From Anthoceros angustus (taxonomy: Eukaryota > Plantae > Anthocerotophyta): 64,000 nucleotides of DNA. Shown in pieces: positions 13,150-24,800 of this stretch. The position numbers and the translations under genes are program-made. The notes under the pieces are model-generated. The model saw nothing but the letters and a program-made list of their open reading frames with translations. It did no database searches and had not been told where the DNA came from. The number at the start of each line of letters is the position of its first letter. The first letter of the stretch is position 1. The stretch is from contig MU008169.1 of NCBI GenBank assembly GCA_010909165.1, forward strand, positions 2,170,001-2,234,000. The letters run 5' to 3'.

Positions 13150-13500
13150 ACCTTGAGGCTGAACGGAGGTCGGGGATGCAGTCGCCACTCTCCGAACGTG
13201 AAGTGCCTGAGGGGATTAGGAGGCGCTTGGGGCGACTCATGGGCGGAAGCCATCCTTGAGGCTGAACGGAGGTCGGGGATGCAGGCCGCGGTCACTCCAC
13301 AGTAACGTGAAGCACTGAGGGGATTAGAGGCGCGAAGCACCCGGGCGGAAGCCATCCTTGAGGCCGGAACGAGGTCAGATGCAGTCATGGTTACTCAACG
13401 CGGAAGCCCGAGGGATTAGAGGCTGGGGTGACTCACCGCTGAAGCCATCCTGGAGGCCGAACGGAGGCCGGGTTGCAGTCGCAGCTACTTCTCAGAACGT
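13150..13500. repeat. ~95-100-bp tandem subrepeats (GGAAGCCATCCTTGAGGC...GGATGCAG...GGGATTAGGAGGCG) in LTR
   Basis: About 4 copies. Also at ~15115-15490 and ~16057-16410. Confidence 0.8.
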
Positions 13501-13901
13501 GAAGCACCGGAAGGCAAAGGGCCCGTGAATACATCGGCGCAGCAGGCGACTACTAGCTGGAATGGATAAGGGAGAAGGGTCGGTTACGTGTGTTGAGGTG
13601 GAGTTGTGGCCGGACAGTTGAGGAGCTACGCTAGAGTACGAGACCGACGGCGAACGCGGCCGTTAAACCCGCTCCGTAGATCGAGAACCGCGGGTTTGTG
13701 GAAGGTCCGGCACGCGCTACCGTCCGACGAGTTGTGGAGGGCACACACTTAGGGTTGTGGAGCTCACGACCCAACCTCGATGAAGTCCGCTCAGCGACAG
13801 GGTCAGAGAGCCTGTGCATAAGCACGAGACCATTCCTTGGGAACGGACTCTTCCTACAACGACACGGATTGTGCGCCCTACCGCCATCACGAAAGTCGCC
13901 A

Positions 13902-13922
13902 TTTTTTGGCGCTGCCGGGAAT
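13902..13922 (+). promoter_or_regulatory. Primer binding site (TTTTTTGGCGCTGCCGGGAAT)
   Basis: TGG-initiated motif right after the LTR end. Near-identical motifs follow the LTRs at 21793, 32293 and 52386. Confidence 0.75.
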
Positions 13923-14271
13923 GGTATTGTTGTGGGGACTGTGAGTTAGTAGGTAGGACGGCCGATTTGCTATGGATGGGTGTATAGCCTGCGCTTGGGG
14001 AGTATATGTATAGGGAGGATGCACAGATCGACGAGGGTGCGAATCTAGCGGGAGGCCCAGATGCTCAAAGGGAGAAAGAAGATGGGCACGCTGGGAGGAC
14101 GACATCAACCTCGGAGGAGGAGGGCGACTCATCCTCAACGGAGGATGAATCTTGCAAAAGGTTCCCAATGCCGCTTGGGACTTAGACACCGAGGACGAGT
14201 AAAAGATGAGAAGGGAGAGTCCACGGAAAGAGCGGAGTATTGCACAGGGTGTTGGCGGAGGCCCAGCGGAT

Positions 14272-14283
14272 GAGAAGGGAGTA
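14272..14283 (+). promoter_or_regulatory. Polypurine tract GAGAAGGGAG(TA)
   Basis: Immediately precedes the TG of the 3' LTR. Identical to 27641-27652. Confidence 0.8.
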
Positions 14284-16830
14284 TGTGGAGTGCCGTCATC
14301 CGTACTCTTGGCGGCTTGTTTTGCTTTTTGGTCGTTCTTGTTAAGAGGGATAGGGAGGAGTTAGCCAATAAGGCCATTTTGCGATTGCACTACGGTGCAA
14401 TCCCTAGACCCTCGGTCCGTCCGGGCGGTCCGGCGGAGTGGTCCGTCGGGCGGTCAGGCGGGTGGTCGTCCGGGCGAGGTCCGGAGTGGTCCGTCGGCGA
14501 GGTCCGTGGGTGGTCCGTCCGGGTGAGGTCCGACGGAGTGGTCCGTCCGGGCGAGGTCGACGGTGGTCCGTCGGCGAGGTCCGGAGTGGTCCGTCGGCGG
14601 TGTGGTCCGTCCGGGCGAGGTCCGGTGGTCCGTCGGGCGAGGTCGACCAGTGGTCCGTCGGCGGTCAGGTGTCCGTCCTTGAGTGGTCCGTCCGGGCGAG
14701 GTCCGGAGTGGTCGCCGGGTGGTTTAGTTTGGTGGGCATCGCTGGCATGGATCTCTTGTTTGGCGAGGCGGTGGTGCAAAAAGTCCTGATGAGCTACGTC
14801 CGGTTACCACGACCAGGTTAGGGTACATACATAGCGGGTTAGGATACATACATAGGCGGGTTAGGTTAGGTATGGGAGTATATAGGAAGGCTGGCGTCAA
14901 GGCAGACTATCCCGGTACCATCTTGGCGCTCCGTGTGCTCTTGCCTTGGGGTGCTCGAGGCGGAGTGAGTTCTGCGTCACCGTGCGGGGATTAATTGGTG
15001 GTAGAGGATGTGTTTAGAGCTCGGTGACGAGCTCCGCCAACACGCTTGATGGGTGCGGACGGGGTCGGACTGAGCTCGAGGTGCTCGCGGTGATTTCTCG
15101 GGTGCGAGACTAACCTTGGAGGCTGCTGGAGCGGAGGCGTGGGGATGCAGTGAAGCCACTTCTCCATGAGCGTGCGGCGGAGGGATTAGGAGGCGCTTGG
15201 GGCGACTCTGGGCGGAAGCCATCCTTGAGGCCGGAACGGAGGTCGTGGGGATGCAGTGAAGCCACTTCTCCATGAGCGTGAAGCGGAGGATTAGGAGGCG
15301 GGGACTGCTGGGCGGAAGCCATCCTTGGAGGCTCTTGGAGCAATTTGTGGGGATGCAGGTGTGAACTTCTCCCTGAGCGTGAAGCGGCGGGAGGGATTAG
15401 GAGGCGCTTGGGGTGACTGTGGCGGAAGCCATCCTTGGAGGCTGGAGCGGAGGCGTGGGGTTCGGCAAAGCTACTTCTCCATGAGCAGTGAAGCGGTAGG
15501 AAGGGGCAAAGGCGGCTGGTGTGAATACATCGGCGTGTTGGTGTTGTGACTACTATGGGAATGGATAAGGGAGAAGGGTCGTACAGGCGTGTGTGTTGAG
15601 GTGGAGTTGTGGCGGACGAGTTGAGGGGGGCGCTACGTGGCCAGCGAAGTCCGACCGAGTGGTCGCCGGTGGTTTAGTTTGGTGGGCACCGGGCATGGAT
15701 CTACTGCTTAAGGTGGAAGCAAAGAAGTCCAAGGCAGTTGATGAGCTACGCCCCGAAGCATTACTACCTGTGGTTAGGTACATACATAGTGGTTAGGATA
15801 CATACATAGGCGGGTTAGGTTAGGTATGGGAGTATATAGGAAGGCTCAAGGCCCAAGACGCAGACTATCCCGGTACCATCTTCAGCCTGTGTTTGCCTGC
15901 GGCTCGAGGAGTGAGAGTTCTCGCCACCGCAAGGTGATTAATTGGTGGTAGAGGGATGTGTTTAGAGCTCGGTGACGAGCTCCGCCAACACGCTTGATGG
16001 GTGCGATGGGTCGGACTGAGCTCGAGGTGCTCGCGGTGATTTCCGCGAGACTAACCTTGGAGGCCGCCGAACGAGGTCAGGGGATGCAGTCAAGCTCAAC
16101 GTGAAGTGCCCGGAGGGATTAGGAGGCGCTTGGGGCGACTGGGCGGAAGCCATCCTTGAGGCCGCCGAACGGAGGTCGGGGATGCGGTGTCTGTCACTTC
16201 TGTAACGTGAATGGAGGGATTAGGAGGCGCTTGGGGCGATCACTGGGCGGAAGCCATCCTTGAGGCCGGAACGGAGGTCGGGGATGCATCAAGTCATTCA
16301 CGAACGTGGGCCGAGGGATTAGAGGCGCTGGGGTGACCTGGCCGGGCGGAAGCCATCCTTGAGGTCCGGAACGGAGGTCAGGTTGCAGTCGCAAAGCTAT
16401 TCGTAACGTGAAGCACCGAAGGGGCAAAGGCGGCCCGTGTGAATACATCGCAGGTGTGTGACTACTAGCTGAAATGGATAAGGGAGAAGGGTCACACAAG
16501 GCGTGTGTTGAGGTGGAGTTGTGGCGGAAGCCATCCTTGAGGCCGCCGGGCGCTTAGAGTACGAGATCGACGGCGAACGCTGCTAAAACCCGCTCCGAGT
16601 ACCGGAGAAACCGCGGGTTTGTGGAAGGTCCGTGGCTGCGCTACCGTCCGACGAGTTGTGGAGGCACACACTTAGGTTGTGGAGCCACGACCCAACCCGA
16701 TGAAGTCCGCTCAGCGATAGGTCAGAGCTCAGCAGAATAAGCACGAGACCATTCCCTTGGGAACGGACTCTTCCTACAACGACACGGGATTGTGCGCGCC
16801 CGGCTGGCCATCAGCGAAAGTCGCGCCACA
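14284..16830 (+). repeat. 3' LTR of non-autonomous element (with ~0.9-kb internal duplication ~15645-16530)
   Basis: Follows the PPT and ends 'gaaagtcgcgccaca'. Confidence 0.85.
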
Positions 16831-17760
16831 CCCGGCCACTACGAGCCCTAGTGAGAGCCAGCGAGTATGTGAAGAAAGAGAGTTGGTCGCCCTAGTCGAG
16901 GATTTTGACCAAATGGTCACTCAGATTTTAGTGAGGCTATGAAGGAGGACCCGTCTATACCCATTGTGACGCCCATCGCACTGTGGAAAATGTAGGTGTT
17001 CGAGACGAACCATAGCCGAAGCCGCCAAGAGATTTTGAATTTAAGATCTAACTTGCACCATGTGCCGCCGTGGTGGACTAGTAAGGTTGAAAGCGGTACG
17101 ACAAGGAGAAATGTAAGCCCAAGAGTTCGGGTCAAGAAGCTGCTGAGGAGGCATGACCATCCTTAAGACCTTGCCCGATTCTCGCCTCAGGCCTAGAGCA
17201 AGAACTCCAAGTGTGGCTTGTCTCGCATGGAGGGGCAGTGGTGGTGTGCCCGCATCGTGGATTTCGTGATGATGGGGTTTGAAAAGAACATTGATGTGAG
17301 TTACATGCGTGGCAAGTGTGCATGTGCAACCGAACGAAAGTGTTTGCCTCAAGACAAGTATCGGCGCAATCCTCTCCAAACCCGTGCACTACATGCCTCT
17401 TTGGAGTATAAGTGCGCCTAACGTCCTGCACTCCCGCCTTAGAGCATGAGTGCGCCACCATCCAACAGATCTTCTTTTGTATCCGCTGGCAAGTGTATGG
17501 GTCTAGTTCTCTTTAATCCACTTTAATTGGCAAAATTTGACGGCTTTGCTTACAAAGGGGTTTTGAGACAAACCCTTCCGGAGAGACACAAAGCAGAGTG
17601 CTCATGTCACAAAGCAATGGGTAGAACGACTCCAAAGCATGCACCAGCCACGAATAACAAGTCCCATGTGATAATCCGGTCTCGGCCATATGCTTGTCCA
17701 CGCAAGGCGATGCGGCATTGTTTTAGGGTTGCTCCCATACCGTGTCCTGTGACGCCTTGG
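16831..17760. repeat. Tandem unit copy 4, segment between the non-autonomous element and gypsy A (first 57 bp of this copy lie at 12211-12267)
   Basis: Resumes with 'cccggccactacgagccctagtgagagcc' (unit position ~53) and runs to 'gacgccttgg' (unit position ~930). Confidence 0.88.
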
Positions 17761-18469
17761 TGGAAGACCACATGTGCACTAACCCCCTCTCAAGTGTCGT
17801 GGTGAACGATTTTTTTTGTTTTGGGTGTGTTAGAATAGCAGAGTGCTTTGAGAATCGTCTCGAGTCGTCTTTTATACGGAATGGTCCTTGGCCCTTGGAG
17901 ATAATAATAATTTTTCGACCCTTAGGTTTGACCCGAGGGTGGGGTAGAAATAGAGTCCTTGGGTATTGGGAATTTTTAGAATAAAAGGTGTCTATATATG
18001 CTAGGGATGCTCACAATATGCCAGCCAGGTAGTCAAGTGGGGTGGTGGCTAGTTCCACCACGGTGGCCGAGAAACGGACGCATGCACTGTGGGGAATTTA
18101 CAACCCTAGTGGCGGAGCGGGACTACCACCGGAGCGCAATCGGGAGAAGGGCACACCCAAAGACGCGAGGTCGCGACTTTCCGTGAGGGGCACGGAGCGG
18201 AGCCGCAAGAAGAGGGGCGCGCTGCACACGCGAGCCAAATCACCGCCTCACTGCAGGAGGAAGGCGCGACGATCGTGAGAGCGGCGGCGGCGGAGGAGAG
18301 AAATCGGCCGAAGTGCGAGGAGGCGTGGAAGGAGCGAGGGCGGCCGATTTTTTCTCTTCCGACCGTGATCCGCAGGGTAGTCGAGGTTTTGTTTTGGGAG
18401 ACAACGAGAAGGAGATGGCGCCCGAGCCGCGAAATCTCACTCACGCAGCGGCCCAACATGGACCATCGG

Positions 18470-19270
18470 AAAGTGAGAGCCGGCACTGCGCGTGAGCCGG
18501 GTCTCAAGTTCATGGAGAAGAAATGGTGCTACGTGACCGCATTGGTGCAAGAGTGCGCCCGCAATTAAGGACCAAGTCGCAAGAGGGTGACGCGAGGAAA
18601 AGGCCGCAGAATCTGGATTTGGCCTCTTTCGAGCAAAGCATGGGCGAGAAGCATCGAGGATGGGAGCTTGGTGATTGACCCCAAATAAAGAAGACCTTGA
18701 AAGCCGCAGCCGCGCCATGAAGCCTGGGAAGTGAGAGTGAACAATGGTCGGGTGACTCGCCAACTCGTGGTTCAGCAGTGGGATTGGCCAAATGGATTTT
18801 GTGTTTCCTGTAACCGGAAGGATCATATGGCGGATCACTTCTTGGTTTTTCTTCACGAGGTGGTCAAGGGTACACAAATTGATTGGGGAGGATGATTTTC
18901 AAAGAGCCTGTGAGGAGAAGGCGAATTACTCTTCTTCCCTCGGCCCTCCTTGATTTCGCCTTTTCCGATTCATGTATTTGCATTCCGGTGTTTAACGGAG
19001 TTGAAGTCGTGGTCCCCGCATGGTTGGAAGCCGGCCGTGAACTCAAGGTAGAAGAGGAGGAATTGAAGGAGGATTCGGGCAAGGATTCCAGTAGCTTGGG
19101 AGTGCGCTCGAAGGTTCGGAAGAGGGTGGGGAAGTTTCCAAGGGTAAGAAGCGAAGGGCGGCAGTCGACGGGGATCGGCGAAGAAGGGAGGGCCGCAGAG
19201 GAGGAACCCACACACACCTGTGGTCACCAGTCAAGACGGCAGCAGAACGCTGTAAAGGAGGAAAAGTAAA
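18470..19270 (+). pseudogene. Accessory ORF inside LTR A1, plant retrotransposon 'ORF1/env-like' type domain (frameshifted)
   Basis: Fragments KFMEKKWCYVTALVQECARN and FLVFLHEVVKGTQIDWGRMIFKE align by eye with the LTR B fragments WAYTNLELIEECYINL and PILWKISMGAKPDWG at similar spacing. Confidence 0.55.
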
Positions 19271-20658
19271 GGGAAATGGCAAGTTGCTCCTCCTGTGCAG
19301 GATGAATCGCCGCTAGGGGAGAATGAAGCGGGAAGAGGCAAGGCACCAACCCCTAGGAGAGGAGGGTTAACTTCACGCCGAGACCGCAACGGAGCTCCGG
19401 ACATTTTTGGCGACATTTCACCGAACCGTCCTACCGAGGTGGGGATAGGAGACACCGACACGAGAATTGTTGTGGAGGCGGATGGGCAAGGGACAGCCCA
19501 ATTTGGGGATTTGGTGGTTTGACTTCGCCATGGCACGACGCAGCGGATCTCCTCGATCAAGCCATGGCTCTCACTTGGTGAGTGTGCAAGGCCAACAGGA
19601 GAAGTTGCTCAAGGAGAAGTTGGAAAGCTGGAAGGCGAGAGCAAGGCGGCCGAGGAGCGCAGACGGAGTGCGGCGCCTTATGCAAGGCACAGGAGCGAGG
19701 CATGTCCACTCAGCAGAAGCTTTAGTAAATCAGTCAAGGGGCGATGCTACAATTGAAGAGCTTGTGATGAGGTCTCGCGAGTCCAGAGGTGGAAGCGATG
19801 GCGCCTTGGAGAAATTCAAGAAGCGGAGAGGTACAAGCGGAAGAGACGGCTTAGGGCCGAGTCAAGAGAGAGGTGGCCAAACCAAGAAAGGCCGAGCAAC
19901 AACCACCGCAGAGCCAAACAACTGGGAAGTAACCACCACGGTGGCTAAACCAGCCACCGTGGAACGGGAACCGAGGTGGGGAAGTCACCGACGGAGTGTC
20001 GCAGATGGAGGGATGATCCCGGAGAATCAACAGCAGCCCGTGATTGTCCACGGAGGAGAGGGTAAGGACCTCAGATCGAAGGGCGACAGCTAGGCCCGGA
20101 TGAGGATGCTCATGTCCTCGCGCTCGCATGGTGAGCGGTGCTCACTAAACGTATGTGGTTGTTGGGACAGAGGGGCGTAAACCACCGGGTCAGATCTTGA
20201 CCGCCACAGCGCTACTGGTTCCTTCGAGTAGGAGCGGGCGCCTATCCTCCGCAAGTGGTGCCGGAAGAGATGAGCGAGGCGCAGCGAGCATGGAGGGAGG
20301 AGCACGATGGTTGTCCAAATGAGGAGGAGCGGACAATGGACATAGAGGTCACAAAGGCAACGTCCGCTGGAAGGCGCGAGGGAAATTCGGCAAAGGAGAG
20401 CGAGGTGGAGGTTGTGGGGAAAATCGCCGGATCGAGGCGAGGCCAAGAGCGAGAGGGGTCCCCATGGGCCGAGGGCGAGGCAAAGAATCGCGAGGCGGCA
20501 GCGCTGATTTTAGGGGAGTCGCGATAGCCTAGGACCGGGTTTTTCGTAGAGGATAGGGAGTTCCATCAGTAGAGTTGTTGCTTAGATTGGTAAGGCGCCG
20601 TGGTAGGAGCTACAATTTTAGACACTAAAGAGAAGTGAGCGTGTTGGACCACCAGATG

Positions 20659-20666
20659 TATAAGAG
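20659..20666 (+). promoter_or_regulatory. Possible TATA-like box of LTR A (TATAAGAG)
   Basis: Position in the distal third of the LTR. A similar TATAAGAG is in LTR B at ~50410. Motif only. Confidence 0.25.
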
Positions 20667-21288
20667 ACCCTTTGGGTGTCTCTCAAGGCGATTTCGTGTG
20701 AACTTCCGTATCGAACCGCCGAGGGGTTGATTGGAGACGCCCGTCAAGATCAAACGGGTTCGCGCACCGCCTTCGTCACAAGAAGGCCGGAAGATCTCGG
20801 ATGGTCGAGAGCGAGGTGGAGGTTGTGGGGAAAATCGCCGGATCGAGGCGAGGCCAAGAGCGAGAGGGGTCCCCATGGGCCGAGGGCGAGGCAAAGAATC
20901 GCGAGGCGGCAGCTGATTTTAGGGGAGTCGCGATAGCCTAGGACCGGGTTTTTTCGTAGAGGATAGGGAGTTCCATCACCGTAGAGTTGTTGCTTAGATT
21001 GGTAAGGCGCCGTGGTAGGAGCTACAATTTTAGACACTAAAGAGAAGTGAGCGTGTTGGACCACCAGATGTATAAGAGACCCTTTGTCTCTCAAGGCGAC
21101 GATTTCGTGTGAACTTCCGTGTATCGAACCGAGTGGGGTTGATTGGAGACGCCCGTCAAGATCAAACGGGCGCCCGCGCACCGCCTTCGTCACAAGAAGG
21201 CCGGAAGATCTCGATGGTCGAGAGCGGAGTGGCCAAGCTCCACGCCTGGGTACGGGGAAGCCGCGCCGAAAAAGAGGTAGGATTCCAT

Positions 21289-21375
21289 GAGGAGGGGTCT
21301 GGGGCCCAAGGAGGGGTCTGTGTGGCCCAAGGAGGGGTCTGGTGGCCTGGGGGAGGGGTCTGTGGTGGCCTGTGA
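21289..21375. repeat. 19-bp minisatellite (GGAGGGGTCTGTGGCCCAA) in LTR A
   Basis: 3-4 copies. Also at ~31300-31355 and ~31770-31860. Confidence 0.8.
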
Positions 21376-21792
21376 GACGAGAGAGAGTTCATTGGAAGGG
21401 AAAGGTTCCTGAGGAGAAGTCCGGAGGGATTGAGGGAGAGCGTGAGGAAAATCAAACGCGAGGGGAGTGGAAGCGAGGTGAATCTAAATTGTAAGGTGAG
21501 GCGATATAGGTATCCGTACCCATAGCCCCTAGGTCCGTGTTAGAGAAGCCGCGACGATAGACTGGGCGGCGCGGTGGTGGGACCGCCACGAACCGCCACG
21601 GTGGCCGAGTCTACCACGGTGGTGGGTTTGGGCAGGTAGCTGGAGAAGGTGGGGTAGCGAGCGGTAGGTCTAGAATCCATAGATTTAGCACACCTTGACA
21701 CAACACCATTCCCTTGGGATCGAATCCTAGGACTATAACGACATAGAGGGTAAATGTGGCCTCTTTGCCTTCGATGCAAAACCCATTCCACA

Positions 21793-21810
21793 TTTTGCGC
21801 TGCCGGGAAT
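21793..21810 (+). promoter_or_regulatory. PBS of A1 (TTTTGCGCTGCCGGGAAT)
   Basis: Directly after the LTR CA. Confidence 0.7.
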
Positions 21811-21879
21811 GAAACTCAAGGTTATAGGGGACTAACCATAGCTTAGGTGTCTAGTTTTGGAGTGTATCTAGTTAGGTAG

Positions 21880-24800
21880 ATGGATGCCACGGTTGAGTCG
21901 AGGGTTGAGTCAAGTCGGACGGAAGGCCACACGAAGCGACAACGCCAAGCACCGGAAAGGTTAAAAGGGTTGCAAAACCGCGAGTTGAGGAGGTCCAGGA
22001 AGACGCACCCGCTGGAAGGAGAAGGAGGTAAGGAAGCAACCAGGGACGGGGTCCGATCTTGTTGGAGCAAGATCCCCAACCTCGGACTTGGACGAGGTAC
22101 CACCGCCAAGGAACCTCGACCAATTCCATCCACCGACCTCTCTTCCAAAAGTGTGCATCGCTGGAGATCAATCGACTCCGCAGAACCGTTGTTGGACCAA
22201 CCACCGAATCAGAACGATAGTCATGACCACCACCACGGTGGTGGTCACCACCAAGCAACCTTATCCTCAGATGGAGAGGGAAGGGGTATGAAGACCGATG
22301 AATTTGTTGAGCGCTTTGAGCACCGACATTTGCAAACCAGAAGCGGAGATGCACAGATTCATTGTTCTATGGAGTTCTTCGGGGTCCAAAAGTGGTATAG
22401 GCGAATACCTCAAGTCACCACACCTCCAAAGAACCTATGAAGAATTAAAACCGCCTGTGAAAGGTCTGGGGGCTTGACGAGGGATACGTGTTGTCCAAGC
22501 TTGAAAACCGCAGAGGAAAGAAGGAAACCTTGCAGCGATGTGGAGAGGTTTCACCACGCGATCAAGTGGCCCTCACTGAGTTGCAGTGCACACGGTGGTT
22601 CGCTAAAGGCCCGGGTTCTAAGATGGGGAGACACGAAGGTTACAAGCGGAGAAGAATTTGGGCAAGGCTATCAAGGCGGCGCTAAACTATGAGGAATCCA
22701 ACCCGCAAGGGAGGAGGAAGGCTAAGAAGGAGAAGAAGAAGCCTGTGATGGAAAAAGAAGGGATCCTCATCCTCCTAAGGAAGTTCATCGGTGAAGAAAG
22801 CTCCACGGAAGATTCCACGTAAAGTTCCTGAGGAGGAAACGAGTGATCGGGAGGAAGGCCCATCGATGAGGAGCGCCAAATGGAAAAAGAAAATGAAGGG
22901 TCGTGCACGGACAACAAGGAGTCAAGGGCAAAACAGAGGCGATGTACGCAAAAAGGACGCGAAGCGAGGAGGGAGGCCGAGGTAAAGCCAAGAAAGTAGA
23001 ACAACAGGGAACAAGATGGAGGAGATGATGGCAAAATTCGAGAAATTCCATCTTAATGCGGTCAAGGAACATGAGAGGCGGAGAGTCGTCACGAACCCAC
23101 GAGCCAACCTCTTCTTCTGCTCAACGTGTGGGCAGCAGGACACTCCAAAGCTAATTGTCCGACGACAAGGGTACACCCGGGATATGAGGAAGAGGAGGAA
23201 GAGGGTCCGTGGAAGATACATACGATCCGGAGGTTCACCAACCCAAGTGTACCCAAAGACCATGTACCCGCCAACCTCGAATTCCACGGGTAGGCGTCAG
23301 AATCAAGGTAACAATCCAATGGGCACCGCCTTGTGCTATAATTGTCGCAACCTTGGACACTATGCGCAAATGCCTTATCCAACTCGTCAAGGCAATGGAG
23401 ATTTTGATAAACTATGTCAAGATTGCAAGCAGGGCATTTGGCGGAAGTGTGCTCGCCAAAGCCCCAAAGACGGTGAGGATCGCCACCCGAACGGAGTTCA
23501 CCCAAACCCAAGTCCGGTCCGCCATGCATGTTGAGGACGCACTTATGGCGGTATGGGAGGATGCCGAGATTGGAACCCCGAGGAGCTTGGAGGGATTAGA
23601 CGAGAGGAAGCGATTATTATGGGGAAGCCTCGCCATGGTCATAGAACAAGGAGCACAAAAGCAAAAGAGAGGCGACGGGGGGAAAAAGAAGAAGGAGGCG
23701 GATACGACCACGGATCGATGAGGGAGAGAGTGTCGCCACCACCAAGGAAATACCAACACCGGAACGCAGAGAAAAACAAGTCCCGCAGTGACTTGGCGGA
23801 TGGACCATATGTGCAAAAGAGTGATGCCGAGACCGGAGTGTTCCAGGGCGGAAAGGTGAATGAAGGTCACGACAAGTCCGAAGGGGTGGAACCCTACCGA
23901 TTTCAGAGAGTTACCGAACCGGAGTTAGGGTTTCCACCGGACGACGGTGAAGTCATGGATATGATACAAGAAGAATTGGCAAGGGAGGCTACGGGGAAAA
24001 GGCGGGGTGTCGATTTCCACCACCCTGTGGGAGTCCACCACCCCACCGGAAGGGCCACCGCACAAGTCATGACGAACCGGAACCCAACCAACCAAACTCG
24101 GATGGTAGAGGTCATGGGCCACCGCTTCTTTCAATCTCGCCGAGGCCATCATGGACCAACATTTCATGATCACATTCGACAACTCCTCCGAGACAATCCG
24201 CGGTATAGGCAACATCGTGAGGGCGTTAAAAGAGGCGCAACCCAAAAGAGGCGCAATGTTCCTATACCAGCCGCCATGTGAACTTGGTATCCATGGTGGA
24301 TCAAGGCCCACCAACCTGTGGAAATTTGGGATGTGTCATCAAAGGAGTGCCTCTCGACACGGGTGTGTAAATATTATGACGTAAGACACGGCTAGGAAAT
24401 TGGGCTTGGATATTGAACATACTACCAAGGTTTTGAGGCTAGCCATGTCCGTAATGGTGGGGAACCGACAGGGTGCTAACGACCATTGGAACCATCCCTA
24501 CTTGATGGATTATGTAGTCATCCAAAGAAAATCGCTGTGGCACGACGTCCTAATTCGAACATGGATGTACGATCGCAATGCACGCCAAGTGGGGGAAGGA
24601 AGTCGGTTTTAAACCGCTGGAATGGGATCCCAAGACCAAGGAGGAAGGATGTGCCTATCGTGGAGTAAGGACATGTATGTGTGAAACTCCAAGGGTACAC
24701 CTCGGCAGAGGACACGTCCGGGAGATGCAAGAGGAAGATAGGTTCTTCGCACACATCTCATGGTCTCGATGAGGAGCAGGACTACCGCAGATATCCATAT

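Larger units (their letters stand above)
12268..13901 (+). repeat. 5' LTR of non-autonomous element
   Basis: TGTGG start, ends 'gaaagtcgcca' before the PBS, collinear with 14284-16830. Confidence 0.85.
12268..16830 (+). mobile_element. Non-autonomous LTR retroelement (TRIM/LARD-like): two long LTRs around a 382-bp non-coding interior
   Basis: Starts TGTGGAGTGCC and ends GCCACA. It splits the unit at 'tatgccc|cccggccact'. PBS-like motif at 13902-13922, PPT at 14272-14283, second TGTGGAGTGCC at 14284. No RT or INT motifs. Confidence 0.85.
17761..21792 (+). repeat. LTR A1 (~4.0 kb)
   Basis: Starts '(tg)tggaagaccacatgtgcactaaccc', ends 'aaacccattccaca' before the PBS, collinear with 27653-32292. 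Confidence 0.88.

Noticed and set aside
20654-20668. AGATGTATAAGAGAC resembles the Tn5 mosaic end / Nextera adapter
   Set aside because: It is not the full 19-mer (lacks GT, ends CC not AG), and closely similar text sits at the same position in every copy of the LTR A block. It is native LTR sequence.
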